A DNA stretch of 64,000 nucleotides, taken from assembly GCA_963702475.1 (NCBI GenBank), contig CAVPCT010000003.1, positions 992,001 through 1,056,000 of the forward strand, in the 5' to 3' direction. Below the pieces are notes generated by a model. That model did no database searches and was not told where the DNA came from. It was given only the letters and a program-made list of their open reading frames with translations. This DNA is from an uncultured Thermoleophilia bacterium. Its GTDB lineage: Bacteria; Actinomycetota; Thermoleophilia; UBA2241. A program made the position numbers and the translations under genes. This document shows, piece by piece, positions 31,279 to 43,633 of the stretch (position 1 is its first letter; every line of letters starts with the position of its first letter).

Positions 31279-33198
31279 TCAGCGCGGCTTCACGACGACC
31301 TTGAGCCGCGCCGGCTGTGACGTGCCCTCGGCGTGGTCGCCGTGGGCCGGCAGGACGGTGCGGAAGACGTAGGTCGCCGTCTTGAGCGGGACCTTCCAGG
31401 ACGCCTTGTAGACCGACCCGCCGTCGAGCTTCGCCGAGACGAGCGGGCGCCAGGCGCCGCCCTGCTGCCGCTGCACGGTCACGGTGCTCCCCGGGTGCGC
31501 GGGGTCGACCTCGCCGGAAAAGACCGTGCGGTAGCCCGACCCGGCACGGCGCGTGGAGAGCGTGAGGCTCACCCTGGGCGCGACGGCCACGGTGACCGGG
31601 GCGCTGGTGACGGAAGCGCCGCCAGGCGCCCGCGCGCTCGCGGTCCAGGAGGCGCTGACGTCGGGTTTGAACCAGGTCGCATAGCGGCCGTCCGCGCCGG
31701 TGGGTGTGGCGGCCGGGACGGTGCCCGCGGACGGCGTCAGGTGCACCTCGACGTCGCGCAGCGGCGCGCCGTCGAGCGTGAGGTATCCGGACACCGCGAG
31801 GGTGTCGCCGTAGGTGAGCGCGGCGGCGCGTGGCCGCAGGGTCAACGCGCCGCCGCGCTCAGCGAAGCGCCACAGCCTGGCCCCGTCCCCGTCTCCCAGA
31901 GCGTACGCGCCGCCCGACCCGTCGCCCTTGAGGGCCGGGAGCCGCGAAGGCGGCGGGCTCAGCGCGGGCGACGTCCACGTGCCGAGACAGGTCATCTCGG
32001 CCACCGCGCCGTCGCCGGCCGCGGCCGCCGAGAAGGCGACGGCGAGGTCGCCGGACTCGTCGGAGCTCACCGCGTCGAGCTGCAGGCCGGGGTGGCCGGT
32101 GTCGAACGAGCTCTGGCCCGGCGTACCTGCGGCGGGACCTCCGGGGGGGATGTGGGTCACGGAGAGCCTGGTGCCGGCGGCGGACGTCACGTAGACGCCC
32201 CCGGCTCCGTCGCCGGCCGCCTGTGCGCCGGCGGGCGCCTTCATGGCGGCCGGTCGCAGCCACAGCCGGTCGCCGCTCTTGTTGTACCGCTGCACGAGCA
32301 CGGAGTCGTTCTCGCGCCACGCCACCCACGCGCCCGCGCCGGCGCCGAGGCCGATCGGGGTCTGCGCGGCTGCCGACGGAGGGTCGGCGAGCGGATTGTA
32401 CGGCCCCACCGGCTGGGGCCAGTCGGGCTCCAGTCCGGGGCCGAAGCGCTGCACGGCGATGCCGGAGCGGCCGGGTCCGGTGAGGAGCGTGACGAGGTGC
32501 CCTTCTGCGTCGCCAGCGATCAGGGCGGCGGTACCCCTGGCGACGGCGGCCCCGGGATCGGGGACGGCGAGGTGTCCTTCGGCCGAGACGTGGGTGAGGA
32601 GCGAGTCGCCGGAGGCGGACGACGGCGTGACGGCCAGGAGCAGGTAGGCGCCGCCTGACCCGTCCGGTTCCAGCACCACCGGGGTGGCCGTGGCGCCGGC
32701 CCCGCGCGCCTGCGCGACGGCCGTGTCCGAACACGCGGTGACGGGGGCGAACACGCTCGCCCCCAGGGCGGTGCGCGCGGCGACGACCACGGTCCCCCCG
32801 GCCTTCCAGGCCAGCAGCACGTCGCTTCCCCGTCCGGGTGCCGCCAGCCAGTCGGTCAGGCCGGCGATGCCGGTCATGAGCACGACGGGGGCGTCGCCGG
32901 CGGCCTGCCCGGCGCCGTCGTAGTGCCGGGCAAGGATGGCCGCGCCGGACGCTTCGTCCTGCGCGGCCCACACGGCCGTCGCGCCGTCGCCCACCACGAG
33001 CCGGGCGGCGCCGCTCACGGGCTGCGACCACAACGGCGCGAAGCCCACGCCGGAGGACCTTGCGGCCTCGGCGGGCGCGCTCGCCGAGGCCGAGGCGCGG
33101 TCGCCGCTCGCCGCGGCCGGAGTCACGGCGACGCCCAGAAGGAGCAGCGCGGCGGCAAGCGCGGCCGCGCTTGCCATGATGTCACGATGTGCGAACAT
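31279..33198 (-). CDS. Secreted hypothetical protein (propeller-like DGxGG repeats, C-terminal Ig-like domains)
   Basis: Signal peptide; DGSGGAY/DGAGGVY repeats; basic beta-rich C-terminus. Confidence 0.65.
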   Translation of the reverse strand: MFAHRDIMASAAALAAALLLLGVAVTPAAASGDRASASASAPAEAARSSGVGFAPLWSQPVSGAARLVVGDGATAVWAAQDEASGAAILARHYDGAGQAAGDAPVVLMTGIAGLTDWLAAPGRGSDVLLAWKAGGTVVVAARTALGASVFAPVTACSDTAVAQARGAGATATPVVLEPDGSGGAYLLLAVTPSSASGDSLLTHVSAEGHLAVPDPGAAVARGTAALIAGDAEGHLVTLLTGPGRSGIAVQRFGPGLEPDWPQPVGPYNPLADPPSAAAQTPIGLGAGAGAWVAWRENDSVLVQRYNKSGDRLWLRPAAMKAPAGAQAAGDGAGGVYVTSAAGTRLSVTHIPPGGPAAGTPGQSSFDTGHPGLQLDAVSSDESGDLAVAFSAAAAGDGAVAEMTCLGTWTSPALSPPPSRLPALKGDGSGGAYALGDGDGARLWRFAERGGALTLRPRAAALTYGDTLAVSGYLTLDGAPLRDVEVHLTPSAGTVPAATPTGADGRYATWFKPDVSASWTASARAPGGASVTSAPVTVAVAPRVSLTLSTRRAGSGYRTVFSGEVDPAHPGSTVTVQRQQGGAWRPLVSAKLDGGSVYKASWKVPLKTATYVFRTVLPAHGDHAEGTSQPARLKVVVKPR

Positions 33199-33244
33199 GT
33201 GTCCCCCCTTGACCCCGACCTTGCGCAGGGCAGTCAGGCTCCCG

Positions 33245-34957
33245 TCAGCCGCCGTCGGCCTGCTTACCGTGCCCCGTCAGCCAGCCGTGTCCCCGCTGCT
33301 CCGCGAGCCGGCACGACCCGTAGGCCTGCTCAGTGGCCGACAGCACGGCGTCTTCTCCCAGCGTCTGCAGGAGGCCGGTGCGTTCGAGCTGCTCCCGCAT
33401 CTCGCTGCCCACCCCTGCAAGGTACAGCCTGCCGCCGCCGGCCGCCAGAGCAGCGGCGTACTCGCGGATGAGCTCGAGGGACGCGCTGTGCAGAGTCCCC
33501 CTGCCGCGCAGGCGCAGTACGACCACGGCGCGGCGCGCCCCGGCCGGGTCGGGGAGCAGCTCCTTGACCTTGGGACCGGCGGCGAAGAACAGGCTGCCGT
33601 AGATGTCCAGTACCGTCACGGAGCCGTTCGCGAGGGCCTTGGGAGGCTCGCCCTCACGGCAGCGGCCCTGGTCGTCGATGTCCAGCTCCACCACGGTGAT
33701 GTCGACCGACGACAGGTAGATGTACTTGAGCACGGTGATGGCCGCGCCGGCCAGGACCGCATACTGCAGTGGGATCACCAGGACCAGGGCGAAGGTGACG
33801 GCCATCACCGCCGCCGAGACCCGGTCGGCCGCCCAGATCTCGCGGATCGTCCGCGGCGTGATGGTGGCCGCCGCCGCCACGATCACGATGCCGGCCGTGA
33901 CCGCCTGGGGCACCGCGGCCACGAGTGGAGCGGCAGCGACCACCAGGAGGACGATGAGCACGCCGGCGAAGACCGCCGCCCAGCGGGTGCGCGCCCCCGC
34001 GGCGACGTTGACCGACGTGGCCGCCACCGAGCCGCCGACCGTGGCGCCCCCGAAGAACCCCGAGGCGAGGTTGGCGAGGCCCTGGGCCGAGAAGTCGCGG
34101 GAGACGTCGCCGTGATGTCCGTCGCTGTTGCGCACGGAGCGGCTGATGCCGGCACCCTGCACGAGCCCGATGATGGTGAGCGACAGCGCCGGCACCAGCA
34201 GCCGCGGGACGAGCGAGAGGTCGGGGAGCTGCGGCGCCGGGAACCCGCCCGCCAGCGGCGCGATGTCGCCGATGGTCGCCACCGCCGAGAAGGCGGGCAG
34301 GACGGCGAGCGCCGTGCCCGCCGCCAGCGCCACGGCCATGGCGAACAGCTTCGCCTTCGTGCGCCCCACGACGAGGATGACGGCGATCGTCACCAGGCCG
34401 ACCGCGATCGTCGCAGGGTCGATGCGGCCGGCGTGCACGACGAGGTCGCCGGCCTTGACGACCTTGTTCTCGTAGCCGCTCGAGAAGCCGGTGAGGGCTC
34501 CCAGCTGGCTGAGGACGATCTGCACGGCCACGCCGGTCATGAAGCCGACCATGACGGCGTGCGAGATGAAGCGCGTGAGGCCGCCGCCGCGCAGCAGCCC
34601 GGCGGCCAGCATCATGAGCCCGGTCAGGACGGTGAGCACGACCAGACCGGGCACCCTCTGCTCGGCCGGCAGGTGGGCCAGTGAGGCGCCCACCGTGAGG
34701 CTCAGCGCCGCCGTCGTCACCATGGCCATGCGCTGCGTGCCGGCCGTGAGCGCGCCGACGGGCGTGCCGGTCATGGTCGCGTACAGCCCGTGCACCGGCG
34801 GCACGCCGGCCACGATGGTGTACGCGAGCGCGAGGCCGATCTGCGTGACGCCGAGGGTGAACCCCGCGAGCAGGTCGTGGGGAAGGTCGCGGCGCGACGG
34901 CAGCCGCAGCGTCGGGCGACGCGCTGTCGGTTCGCTGGTCAGGGTCTCCTCCTCCAC
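33245..34957 (-). CDS. SulP family anion permease with STAS domain
   Basis: DLLAGFTLG...GVPPVHGLY, QGLANLASGFFGG, GSLFFAA. Confidence 0.92.
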   Translation of the reverse strand: MEEETLTSEPTARRPTLRLPSRRDLPHDLLAGFTLGVTQIGLALAYTIVAGVPPVHGLYATMTGTPVGALTAGTQRMAMVTTAALSLTVGASLAHLPAEQRVPGLVVLTVLTGLMMLAAGLLRGGGLTRFISHAVMVGFMTGVAVQIVLSQLGALTGFSSGYENKVVKAGDLVVHAGRIDPATIAVGLVTIAVILVVGRTKAKLFAMAVALAAGTALAVLPAFSAVATIGDIAPLAGGFPAPQLPDLSLVPRLLVPALSLTIIGLVQGAGISRSVRNSDGHHGDVSRDFSAQGLANLASGFFGGATVGGSVAATSVNVAAGARTRWAAVFAGVLIVLLVVAAAPLVAAVPQAVTAGIVIVAAAATITPRTIREIWAADRVSAAVMAVTFALVLVIPLQYAVLAGAAITVLKYIYLSSVDITVVELDIDDQGRCREGEPPKALANGSVTVLDIYGSLFFAAGPKVKELLPDPAGARRAVVVLRLRGRGTLHSASLELIREYAAALAAGGGRLYLAGVGSEMREQLERTGLLQTLGEDAVLSATEQAYGSCRLAEQRGHGWLTGHGKQADGG

Positions 34958-35035
34958 TGCCGGTGCGTGACTCAGCTAATCCGCACGGGTGGGCGAAGTC
35001 AAGGGAAACCGAGTCGTTAGCGCTTGCAAGCATAT

Positions 35036-35080
35036 GGAATCTGAATGCTCATGGGAAAACCGCGTCGGAATCTGAACGCT
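35036..35080. promoter_or_regulatory. 14-bp direct repeat pair upstream of sulP
   Basis: GGAATCTGAATGCT (35036) and GGAATCTGAACGCT (35067), 31 bp apart. Confidence 0.5.
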
Positions 35081-35227
35081 GGTTGCCGTGAGGTGCCACG
35101 TGACGTCTTCGCGCAGCGGACGGCGCGCCGCGCGCACGCCGCAGGCGTGCGAGCCTGCGCGCCGTCCGCCCGCAGCGGGCGCGCGTGCTTGCGTGCCCGC
35201 GCGCGCCTGACATACACTACCCGGACT

Positions 35228-35341
35228 ATGCGTCGCCGCGGGACAAGCGAGGTCACCCGGGAGGACCACATTGAGGTACGCGCCAGCGTGCTCGGTGTCC
35301 TCGGCCTCGCCCTGCTCCTCCCCCCTCGGGGGGATGTGTAG
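35228..35341 (+). CDS. Leu/Val-rich leader peptide of leuA
   Basis: ...VLGVLGLALLLPPRGDV*; TACACT box upstream; start uncertain. Confidence 0.55.
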   Translation: MRRRGTSEVTREDHIEVRASVLGVLGLALLLPPRGDV

Positions 35342-35431
35342 ACACCTGCCGGCCGTACGGCCACTTTTCGGATCCCACACCAGATCCACGGCACCAAGAG
35401 CGGCGAAGACGTCCGCCTTGGGAGGAGTAGG
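35311..35431 (+). promoter_or_regulatory. LEU-element-like anti-SD/SD helix
   Basis: CCTGCTCCTCCC (35311-35322, within Leu codons) pairs with GGGAGGAGTAGG (35420-35431, leuA SD) with one G-U pair. Confidence 0.6.
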
Positions 35432-35437
35432 CGCACC

Positions 35438-36972
<1,535 letters not shown>

Positions 36973-36973
<1 letters not shown>

Positions 36974-38274
36974 TGGGTCACACGATCACCGAGAAAATCT
37001 TGGCGCGCGCGGGCGGGCTCGACGAAGTCCAGCCCGGCCAGATCATCGAAGCGAAGCTGGACCTCGTGCTGGCCAACGACATCACCGCGCCGCTCGGCAT
37101 CGCCGAGTTCGAGAAGGCCGGGTTCACCAAGGTCTTCGACCCGGCCAGGATCGCCCTGGTGCCCGACCACTTCACGCCGAACAAGGACATCAAGGCGGCC
37201 GGCCAGGCCAAGATCATGCGCGAGTTCGCCCGCAGGCACGGCATCGTCAACTACTTCGAGGTCGGGCGTGTGGGCATCGAGCACGTGCTGCTGCCCGACC
37301 TGGGCATGATCGCGCCGGGCGACGTCGTGATCGGCGCCGACAGCCACACCTGCACCTACGGCGCCGTGGCCGCCTTCAGCACCGGCGTCGGCAGCACCGA
37401 CTTCGCCGCCGCCATGGCCTGGGGACGCGTGTGGCTGCGCGTACCCGAGAGCATCAAGTTCGTGTACTCGGGCAGGACGCAGCGCTGGGTCACCGGCAAG
37501 GACCTGATGCTGCACACCATCGGCCTGATCGGCGTCGACGGCGCCCTGTACCAGGCCATGGAGCTCACCGGCGAGGCCATCGAGAACCTGTCCATGGACG
37601 AGCGCTTCACCATGTGCAACATGGCCATCGAGGCCGGCGGCAAGAGCGGCATCGTGGGCTTCGACGAGAAGACCACGGCCTACCTGCAGAGCCGGCCGGA
37701 GGGCAGCCGCGCCCGCGCCGCGGGTCAGGTGTTCGCCAGCGACCGCGACGCCGAGTACGCGCGCGTCATCGAGATCGACGTCGCCCGGGTGCCGCTGACC
37801 GTGAGCAAGCCGCACCTGCCGAGCTACGCCGCGCCGGCTGCCGAGCTGGCCGGCACGACCATCGACCAGGTCGTCATCGGCAGCTGCACCAACGGCCGCC
37901 TGGAGGACCTGCGCCAGGCGGCCAGCATCCTGCGCGGCCGCAAGGTGCACCCGGACGTGCGCTGCATCATCCTGCCGGGCACGCAGCAGGTGTGCCTGGA
38001 CGCCGCCGCCGACGGCACCATGCAGGCCCTCATCGAGGCGGGCTGCGCCTTCAGCACGCCCACCTGCGGGCCGTGCCTGGGCGGCCACATGGGCGTGCTC
38101 GCCGAGGGCGAGCGCGCCGTCGCCACCACCAACCGCAACTTCGTGGGCCGCATGGGCCACACCGGCGGCGAGGTCTACCTGGCGAGCCCGTACGTCGCCG
38201 CCGCCTCGGCCGTGACCGGGCACATCTCGACGCCCGAAGAGGTCGTCGGCGCGGAGAAGGGAGCCACGCGATGA
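36973..38274 (+). CDS. leuC: 3-isopropylmalate dehydratase large subunit
   Basis: [28 protein letters not shown]; TGATG coupling. Confidence 0.96.
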
Positions 38275-38777
38275 TCTTCGAGGGCACCGTGCACAAGTAC
38301 GGCCGGGACGTCGACACCGACGTCATCATCCCGGCCCGTTACCTCAACACGCACGACCACGCGGAGCTGGCCAAGCACGCGATGGAGGACATCGACGCCG
38401 GCTTCGTGGACCGCGTACAGCAGGGCGACATCATCGTCGCCGGCGAGAACTTCGGTTGCGGCAGCTCGCGAGAGCACGCCCCGGTGGCCATCAAGGCCTC
38501 CGGCATCAGCGTCGTCGTCGCCGCGTCCTTCGCGCGCATCTTCTACCGCAACGCCATCAACACCGGCCTGCCCATCGTCGTGTGCCCGGCCGCCGTCGCC
38601 GACGCCGAGAACGGCGACGCGATGAAGGTCGACCTCGGCGCCGGCACCGTCGAGAACCTGACCAGGGGCACGAGCTACGCCGCCGAGGCGTTCCCGCCCT
38701 TCATGCAGGACCTCATCGACCGCGGCGGCCTCATGGAGTACGTCAAGGCGCAGCTCGCCGAAGGAGACAAGGCGTAA
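38271..38777 (+). CDS. leuD: 3-isopropylmalate dehydratase small subunit
   Basis: [30 protein letters not shown]. Confidence 0.96.
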   Translation: MIFEGTVHKYGRDVDTDVIIPARYLNTHDHAELAKHAMEDIDAGFVDRVQQGDIIVAGENFGCGSSREHAPVAIKASGISVVVAASFARIFYRNAINTGLPIVVCPAAVADAENGDAMKVDLGAGTVENLTRGTSYAAEAFPPFMQDLIDRGGLMEYVKAQLAEGDKA

Positions 38778-38820
38778 GGCGCCGGACAAGCAAGACCATT
38801 CACCAGCAGAGAGAGGAACC

Positions 38821-39903
38821 ATGGGGAACACCTACAAGATCGCGGTGATGCCGGGCGACGGGACCGGGCCGGAGGTCGTGGCCGAAGGGCTCAAGGTCCT
38901 GCAGGCGGCCGCCGCCAAGTACCGGTTCGCCCTCGATCTGACGCACTACGACCTCGGCGGCGACCGCTACCTGAGCACCGGTGAGATCCTGCCGGACTCG
39001 GTCGTCGACGAGCTCAAGGGCTTCGACTCGATCTACCTCGGCGCGATCGGGCATCCCGACGTCGCGCCGGGCATCCTCGAGAAGGGCCTCCTGCTGCGCC
39101 TGCGCTTCGAGCTGGACCAGTACATCAACCTGCGTCCCGTGCGTCTGTACCCCGGCGTCGAGACGCCGCTCAAGGACAAGACCCCGGCCGACATCGATTA
39201 CGTGGTGGTCCGCGAGAACTCCGGCGACGTGTACGCCGGCGGCGGCGGCGTGATGATGAAGGGCACGCCCCACGAGGTCGCCTCGCAGCTCATGCTGTAC
39301 AGCTGCGCCCAGGTGGACCGCTGCCTGCGCTGGGCCTTCGACTACACGCGCGCGCACGGCAAGAAGGCGCGCGGCCTCGGCGACGACAACACCCTGGGCC
39401 TGGTCGGCAAGACCAACGTGCTCACCTACGTGTACGACCTCTGGTTCCGGCGCTTCAACGAGATCGGCGAGGAGGACTACCCGGACGTCAAGCGCGAGTA
39501 CTACCACGTGGACGCCACCTGCATGTGGATGGTCAAGAGCCCCGAGTGGTTCGACGTGCTCGTGACCGGCAACATGTTCGGCGACATCATCACCGACCTG
39601 GGCGCGATCACACAGGGCGGCATGGGCGTCGCCGCCGGCGGCAACATCAACCCCGGGGGCGTCAGCATGTTCGAGCCCATCGGCGGCTCCGCGCCCAAGT
39701 ACACCGGTATGGGTGTCATCAACCCCGTGGCCGCCATCGTGGCCGGCGCGATGATGCTGGACACGCTGGGCGAGAGCCAGGCGGCGGCCGAGGTGGAGCG
39801 CGCCGTGACCGAGGTCACCGGCACCAAGATGAAGGGTATGGCCTCCGGCCAGATGGGCTACTCGACGAGCGAGGTCGGCGACCTCGTGGCGGAGCGTGTC
39901 TGA
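38821..39903 (+). CDS. leuB: 3-isopropylmalate dehydrogenase
   Basis: PGDGTGPEV, NLRP, NMFGDIITD, FEPIGGSAP. Confidence 0.94.
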   Translation: MGNTYKIAVMPGDGTGPEVVAEGLKVLQAAAAKYRFALDLTHYDLGGDRYLSTGEILPDSVVDELKGFDSIYLGAIGHPDVAPGILEKGLLLRLRFELDQYINLRPVRLYPGVETPLKDKTPADIDYVVVRENSGDVYAGGGGVMMKGTPHEVASQLMLYSCAQVDRCLRWAFDYTRAHGKKARGLGDDNTLGLVGKTNVLTYVYDLWFRRFNEIGEEDYPDVKREYYHVDATCMWMVKSPEWFDVLVTGNMFGDIITDLGAITQGGMGVAAGGNINPGGVSMFEPIGGSAPKYTGMGVINPVAAIVAGAMMLDTLGESQAAAEVERAVTEVTGTKMKGMASGQMGYSTSEVGDLVAERV

Positions 39904-39986
39904 GAGGACGCAGGAAGAAACTCTTACCCTCGAGGAGAGGTTGAAGCTCTCGCGCGGAGCCCGCGCGTAAGGACAGGAGGAAGGCG

Positions 39987-40910
39987 ATGGCCCCCATCCC
40001 CGAGATGGACACGATCTGGATGAACGGCGCTCTCGTGCCCTGGCACGAGGCCAAGGTGCACGTGCTCACGCACGCCCTGCACTACGGGTCCGGGGTCTTC
40101 GAGGGCATCCGCGCCTACAAGACGCCCAAGGGCGTCGCGGTGCTGTGCCTCACCGAGCACCTCAAGCGCCTCGTGCGCTCCGCCAAGCTGTACTACATGC
40201 CGGTGCCGTACACCGTGGAACAGCTGTACGACGCCACGTTCGAACTGCTGCAGTCCAACAAGCTCGAGTCGTGCTACATCCGCCCGCTGGTGTTCCGCGG
40301 CTACGGCGAGATGGGCCTGTATCCCATCAACGCGCCGGTGGACGTCATCGTCGCCGCATGGCCGTGGGGCACGTACCTCGGCGAGGAGGGCATCAAGCAC
40401 GGCGTGCGCGCCAAGACCTCCAGCATCCAGTCGCTCGACCACACGTCCCTGGCCCGCGCCGCCAAGGCCTCGGGCCAGTACCTCAACAGCATCCTGGCCA
40501 AGATCGAGGTGCTCAACGCCGGCTACGACGAGGCCATCATGCTCACCGAGCACGGCCACGTGGCCGAGGGCTCGGGCGAGAACATCTTCGTGGTGCGCAA
40601 CGGCGTGCTCATGACGCCGCCGCCCAGCGACGGCGTGCTCGAGGGCATCACGCGCGACATCATCATCAAGCTCGCCGCGGCAGAGGGCATCCCCTTCGAC
40701 GAGCGCTCGCTGGCGCGCAGCGACCTCGTGATCGCCGACGAGGCCTTCTACACCGGCACCGCCGCCGAGATCGTGCCGATCCGCGAGGTGGACGACCACC
40801 CCATCGGCGAGCCCGGTCCGGTCACGCGCAGGATGCAGGAGCGCTTCAAGGCCATCACCGAAGGCCGCGACGCCGAGTTCGGCCACTTCATGGAGTACGC
40901 GAGGAGCTGA
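39987..40910 (+). CDS. ilvE: Branched-chain amino acid aminotransferase
   Basis: HALHYGSGVFEG, YIRP, EGSGENIF, LEGITR, GTAAE. Confidence 0.96.
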   Translation: MAPIPEMDTIWMNGALVPWHEAKVHVLTHALHYGSGVFEGIRAYKTPKGVAVLCLTEHLKRLVRSAKLYYMPVPYTVEQLYDATFELLQSNKLESCYIRPLVFRGYGEMGLYPINAPVDVIVAAWPWGTYLGEEGIKHGVRAKTSSIQSLDHTSLARAAKASGQYLNSILAKIEVLNAGYDEAIMLTEHGHVAEGSGENIFVVRNGVLMTPPPSDGVLEGITRDIIIKLAAAEGIPFDERSLARSDLVIADEAFYTGTAAEIVPIREVDDHPIGEPGPVTRRMQERFKAITEGRDAEFGHFMEYARS

Positions 40911-40915
40911 GCTCG

Positions 40916-42504
40916 ATGCACGAGCGACAGGTGCAGCTCTACGACACCACTCTGCGCGACGGCATGCAGCAAGAAGGCATGTCGGTCTCCGTCGAGGAGA
41001 AGGTGCGCATCGCGCTGAAGCTCGACGAGCTGGGCATCCACTTCATCGAGGGCGGGTTCCCGTCGTCCAATCCCAAGGAGGTCGAGTTCTTCCGCCGCAT
41101 GGAGCGGGAGAGGCTCGAGACGGCGCGTCTGGTGGCCTTCGGCATGACGCGCCGCAAGGGCGTGGCGGCCGACCAGGACGAGGCCCTGCGCGTGCTCGCC
41201 GACGTGTTCGCCGGCACGGTGGCCGTCGTCGGCAAGACGTGGGGCCTGCACCTCAGCAAGGTGCTGCGCGTGAGCCACGCCGAGAACCTGCGCATGATCG
41301 AGGACTCCGTCGAGTTCCTCGTCGCGCAGGGCAAGCGCGTGGTGTACGACGCCGAGCACTTCTTCGACGCCTGGCGCGACGACGCCGCGCTACGCGCTGC
41401 AGTGCGTGCGCACGGCAGCCGAGGCCGGCGCCGAGGTCGTCTGTCTGTGCGACACCAACGGCGCCTCGCTGCCGCCGTTCGTCGCCGACGTGGTCGGCGA
41501 GGTGGTGGCGGCACTTGCCGGTGCCGGTGGGCGTGCACGTCCACAACGACAGCGAGTGCGCGGTCGCCAACAGCCTCGTGGCCGTCGACCGCGGCGCCCT
41601 GCAGGTGCAGGGCACCATGAACGGCTACGGCGAGCGCTGCGGCAACGCCAACCTGGTCAGCATCATCCCGGCGCTCAAGCTCAAGATGGGGCTCGACGTC
41701 GTCTCCGACGAGCAGCTCGCCCGCCTGGCCGAGACGGCGCACTTCGTCTCCGACATCTGCAACATCTCCATCGGCGCTCACCAGCCTTATGTGGGCAAGG
41801 CGGCCTTCGCGCACAAGGGCGGCCTGCACGTGGCCGCCGTCGAGCACGCGCCGCAGACGTTCGAGCACGTCGACCCCGCGGCGGTGGGCAACGAGCAGCG
41901 CATCCTGGTCTCCGAGCTCTCCGGCAAGGCCACCGTGCTGCGCCGCGCGCGCGACCTGGGCCTGGCTGTGGAGGGCGACGACGAACGGGTCGCCAGGGTC
42001 CTCAAGCGCCTCAAGGACCGCGAGCACAAGGGCTACCACTACGAGGCCGCCGACGCGAGCTTCGACCTGCTGCTGGGCGAGGAGCTGGCGCCGCGCGAGC
42101 CGCTGTTCCGCCTGGAGAGCTTCCGCGTCATCGTCGACAAGCGCGAGGACGGACAAGCTGTGGTGGAGGCCACCATCAAGGTGCACGTGGGCGGCGAGCG
42201 CATCATCAGCACGGCCGAGGGCAACGGTCCCGTGAACGCCCTGGACACCGCGCTGCGCCAGGCGATCACGCAGAAGTACCCGCACCTCAGCGACATCGAG
42301 CTGGTGAACTACAAGGTGCGCATCCTCGACGAGACCAAGGGCACCGGCGCCGTGACGCGCGTGCTGCTCGACGCCAGCGACGGCGACGACGTGTGGGGCA
42401 GCATCGGCGTGAGCGAGAACATCATCGAGGCCAGCTGGGAGGCCCTGGTCGACTCCATCGAGTACGGGATGGTGCGCAGCCAGCGGACAGGAGGGACACC
42501 ATGA
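40916..42504 (+). CDS. cimA: Citramalate synthase, frameshifts near 41390 and 41515
   Basis: [45 protein letters not shown]. Confidence 0.9.
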
Positions 42505-42683
42505 GTGCCGACGCGGACAAGGTCCTCGAGGTCATGGCCGCGGCGGGCGAGCCGCTCAACGCCGGCGCGGTCGCTGAGCGTTCCGGCATGGACCGCAAGG
42601 CCGTGGACAAGGCGATGGCCGAGCTCAAGAAGGACGGCCGCATCGAGTCGCCGAAGCGTTGCTACTGGGCGCCGGCGGGCTGA
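42501..42683 (+). CDS. Small winged-helix (MarR-like) protein, 60 aa
   Basis: [39 protein letters not shown]; GGAGG RBS, ATGA overlap with cimA. Confidence 0.8.
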   Translation: MSADADKVLEVMAAAGEPLNAGAVAERSGMDRKAVDKAMAELKKDGRIESPKRCYWAPAG

Positions 42684-42728
42684 GCTGCCTAGACCGCGGG
42701 CGGCGCCGCAGCGGCGGCGAGTCCGTGC

Positions 42729-43133
42729 TCAGCGCCGCTTGAGCAGCCGCTCGGCTTCCGCGAGTGTCAGCGTCCTCATGTCGTCTGCGGCGTAGCCGGC
42801 GGCGAGCAGCGCCCGCACCACGCTGAGCGGCAGGGTCTCGCGGGACGCCTCGCGCGGCCGAGTCCCCGGGCGGAGCGGCGGCGTTGCCTTCTGGACCGCG
42901 GCCCAGAACTCAGCCTCCGTCACGCGCAGTTCGTGCTTGAGGATGCGTGCCGTGGTGCTGAGCTTGTAGGTCCCGCGGCCCTTCGAGATGACGGTGCGCA
43001 GGAGCGCGCCGTCGCGTAGTGGCTTGATCCACACCTCGTGCTTGGCGACCGACCGCCCGGGCGAGTCGGCCTTTCGCTCCCAGCCGTCGACGCGGCAGAA
43101 CGTGCGCACGTCGTCGTACCGGGCCGGCTTCAT
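42729..43133 (-). CDS. Putative HicA-like toxin
   Basis: Basic 134-aa protein, FCRVDGW...KHEVW...LRTVIS...ILKHELRVTEAEFW; ATGA coupling to the antitoxin. Confidence 0.65.
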   Translation of the reverse strand: MKPARYDDVRTFCRVDGWERKADSPGRSVAKHEVWIKPLRDGALLRTVISKGRGTYKLSTTARILKHELRVTEAEFWAAVQKATPPLRPGTRPREASRETLPLSVVRALLAAGYAADDMRTLTLAEAERLLKRR

Positions 43134-43591
43134 CGCGCGTCGGGATCGTCCGCGCCCTCGGCGCGGGAAGCCGCTTCCGCGTCGGCATCGGCGTTGAGCA
43201 TGGCCACGACACCCTGCGTGTCGCCGGCGAGCTCGATGCGGCGGACGTAGCCCGCGCGGTGGCGATGGTTGGGGGCGTGACGCAACTGGTCGACCCAGTC
43301 GTCCGCGTACTCGAGCATGGCCTCCGCCAGGTCCTCCAGCGCCTCGTCGAGCGTGCCCCCGACTCCGTGGACGTCGAGCTCGAAGAGGTAGATGCCGACG
43401 TCGCCGTCGTCGATGTCCACCTCGGGGCGGAAGCGGAACGCCGGCGCCAGGAGCGCCTCCATCTCGCCGACCTCCGCGACCACGACCTCGGGGCGACCGC
43501 GCCGGCCGATGAACTGCCACTTGCCGGCGCGGGCCTTCTCGAGCAGCGTGGGCAGTTGCGCGCGCGCCTCGGTCATCGGCCAAGTCTCCAT
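43130..43591 (-). CDS. Putative antitoxin (Phd/YefM-like N-terminus plus HicB-like domain)
   Basis: MTEARAQLPTLL...IGRRGRP, then GVGGTLDEALEDLAEAMLEY; acidic. Confidence 0.7.
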   Translation of the reverse strand: METWPMTEARAQLPTLLEKARAGKWQFIGRRGRPEVVVAEVGEMEALLAPAFRFRPEVDIDDGDVGIYLFELDVHGVGGTLDEALEDLAEAMLEYADDWVDQLRHAPNHRHRAGYVRRIELAGDTQGVVAMLNADADAEAASRAEGADDPDAR

Positions 43592-43633
43592 GTGAGCACC
43601 TCGCGGTCCATGAAGCGAGTGTAGGTGACTGCA

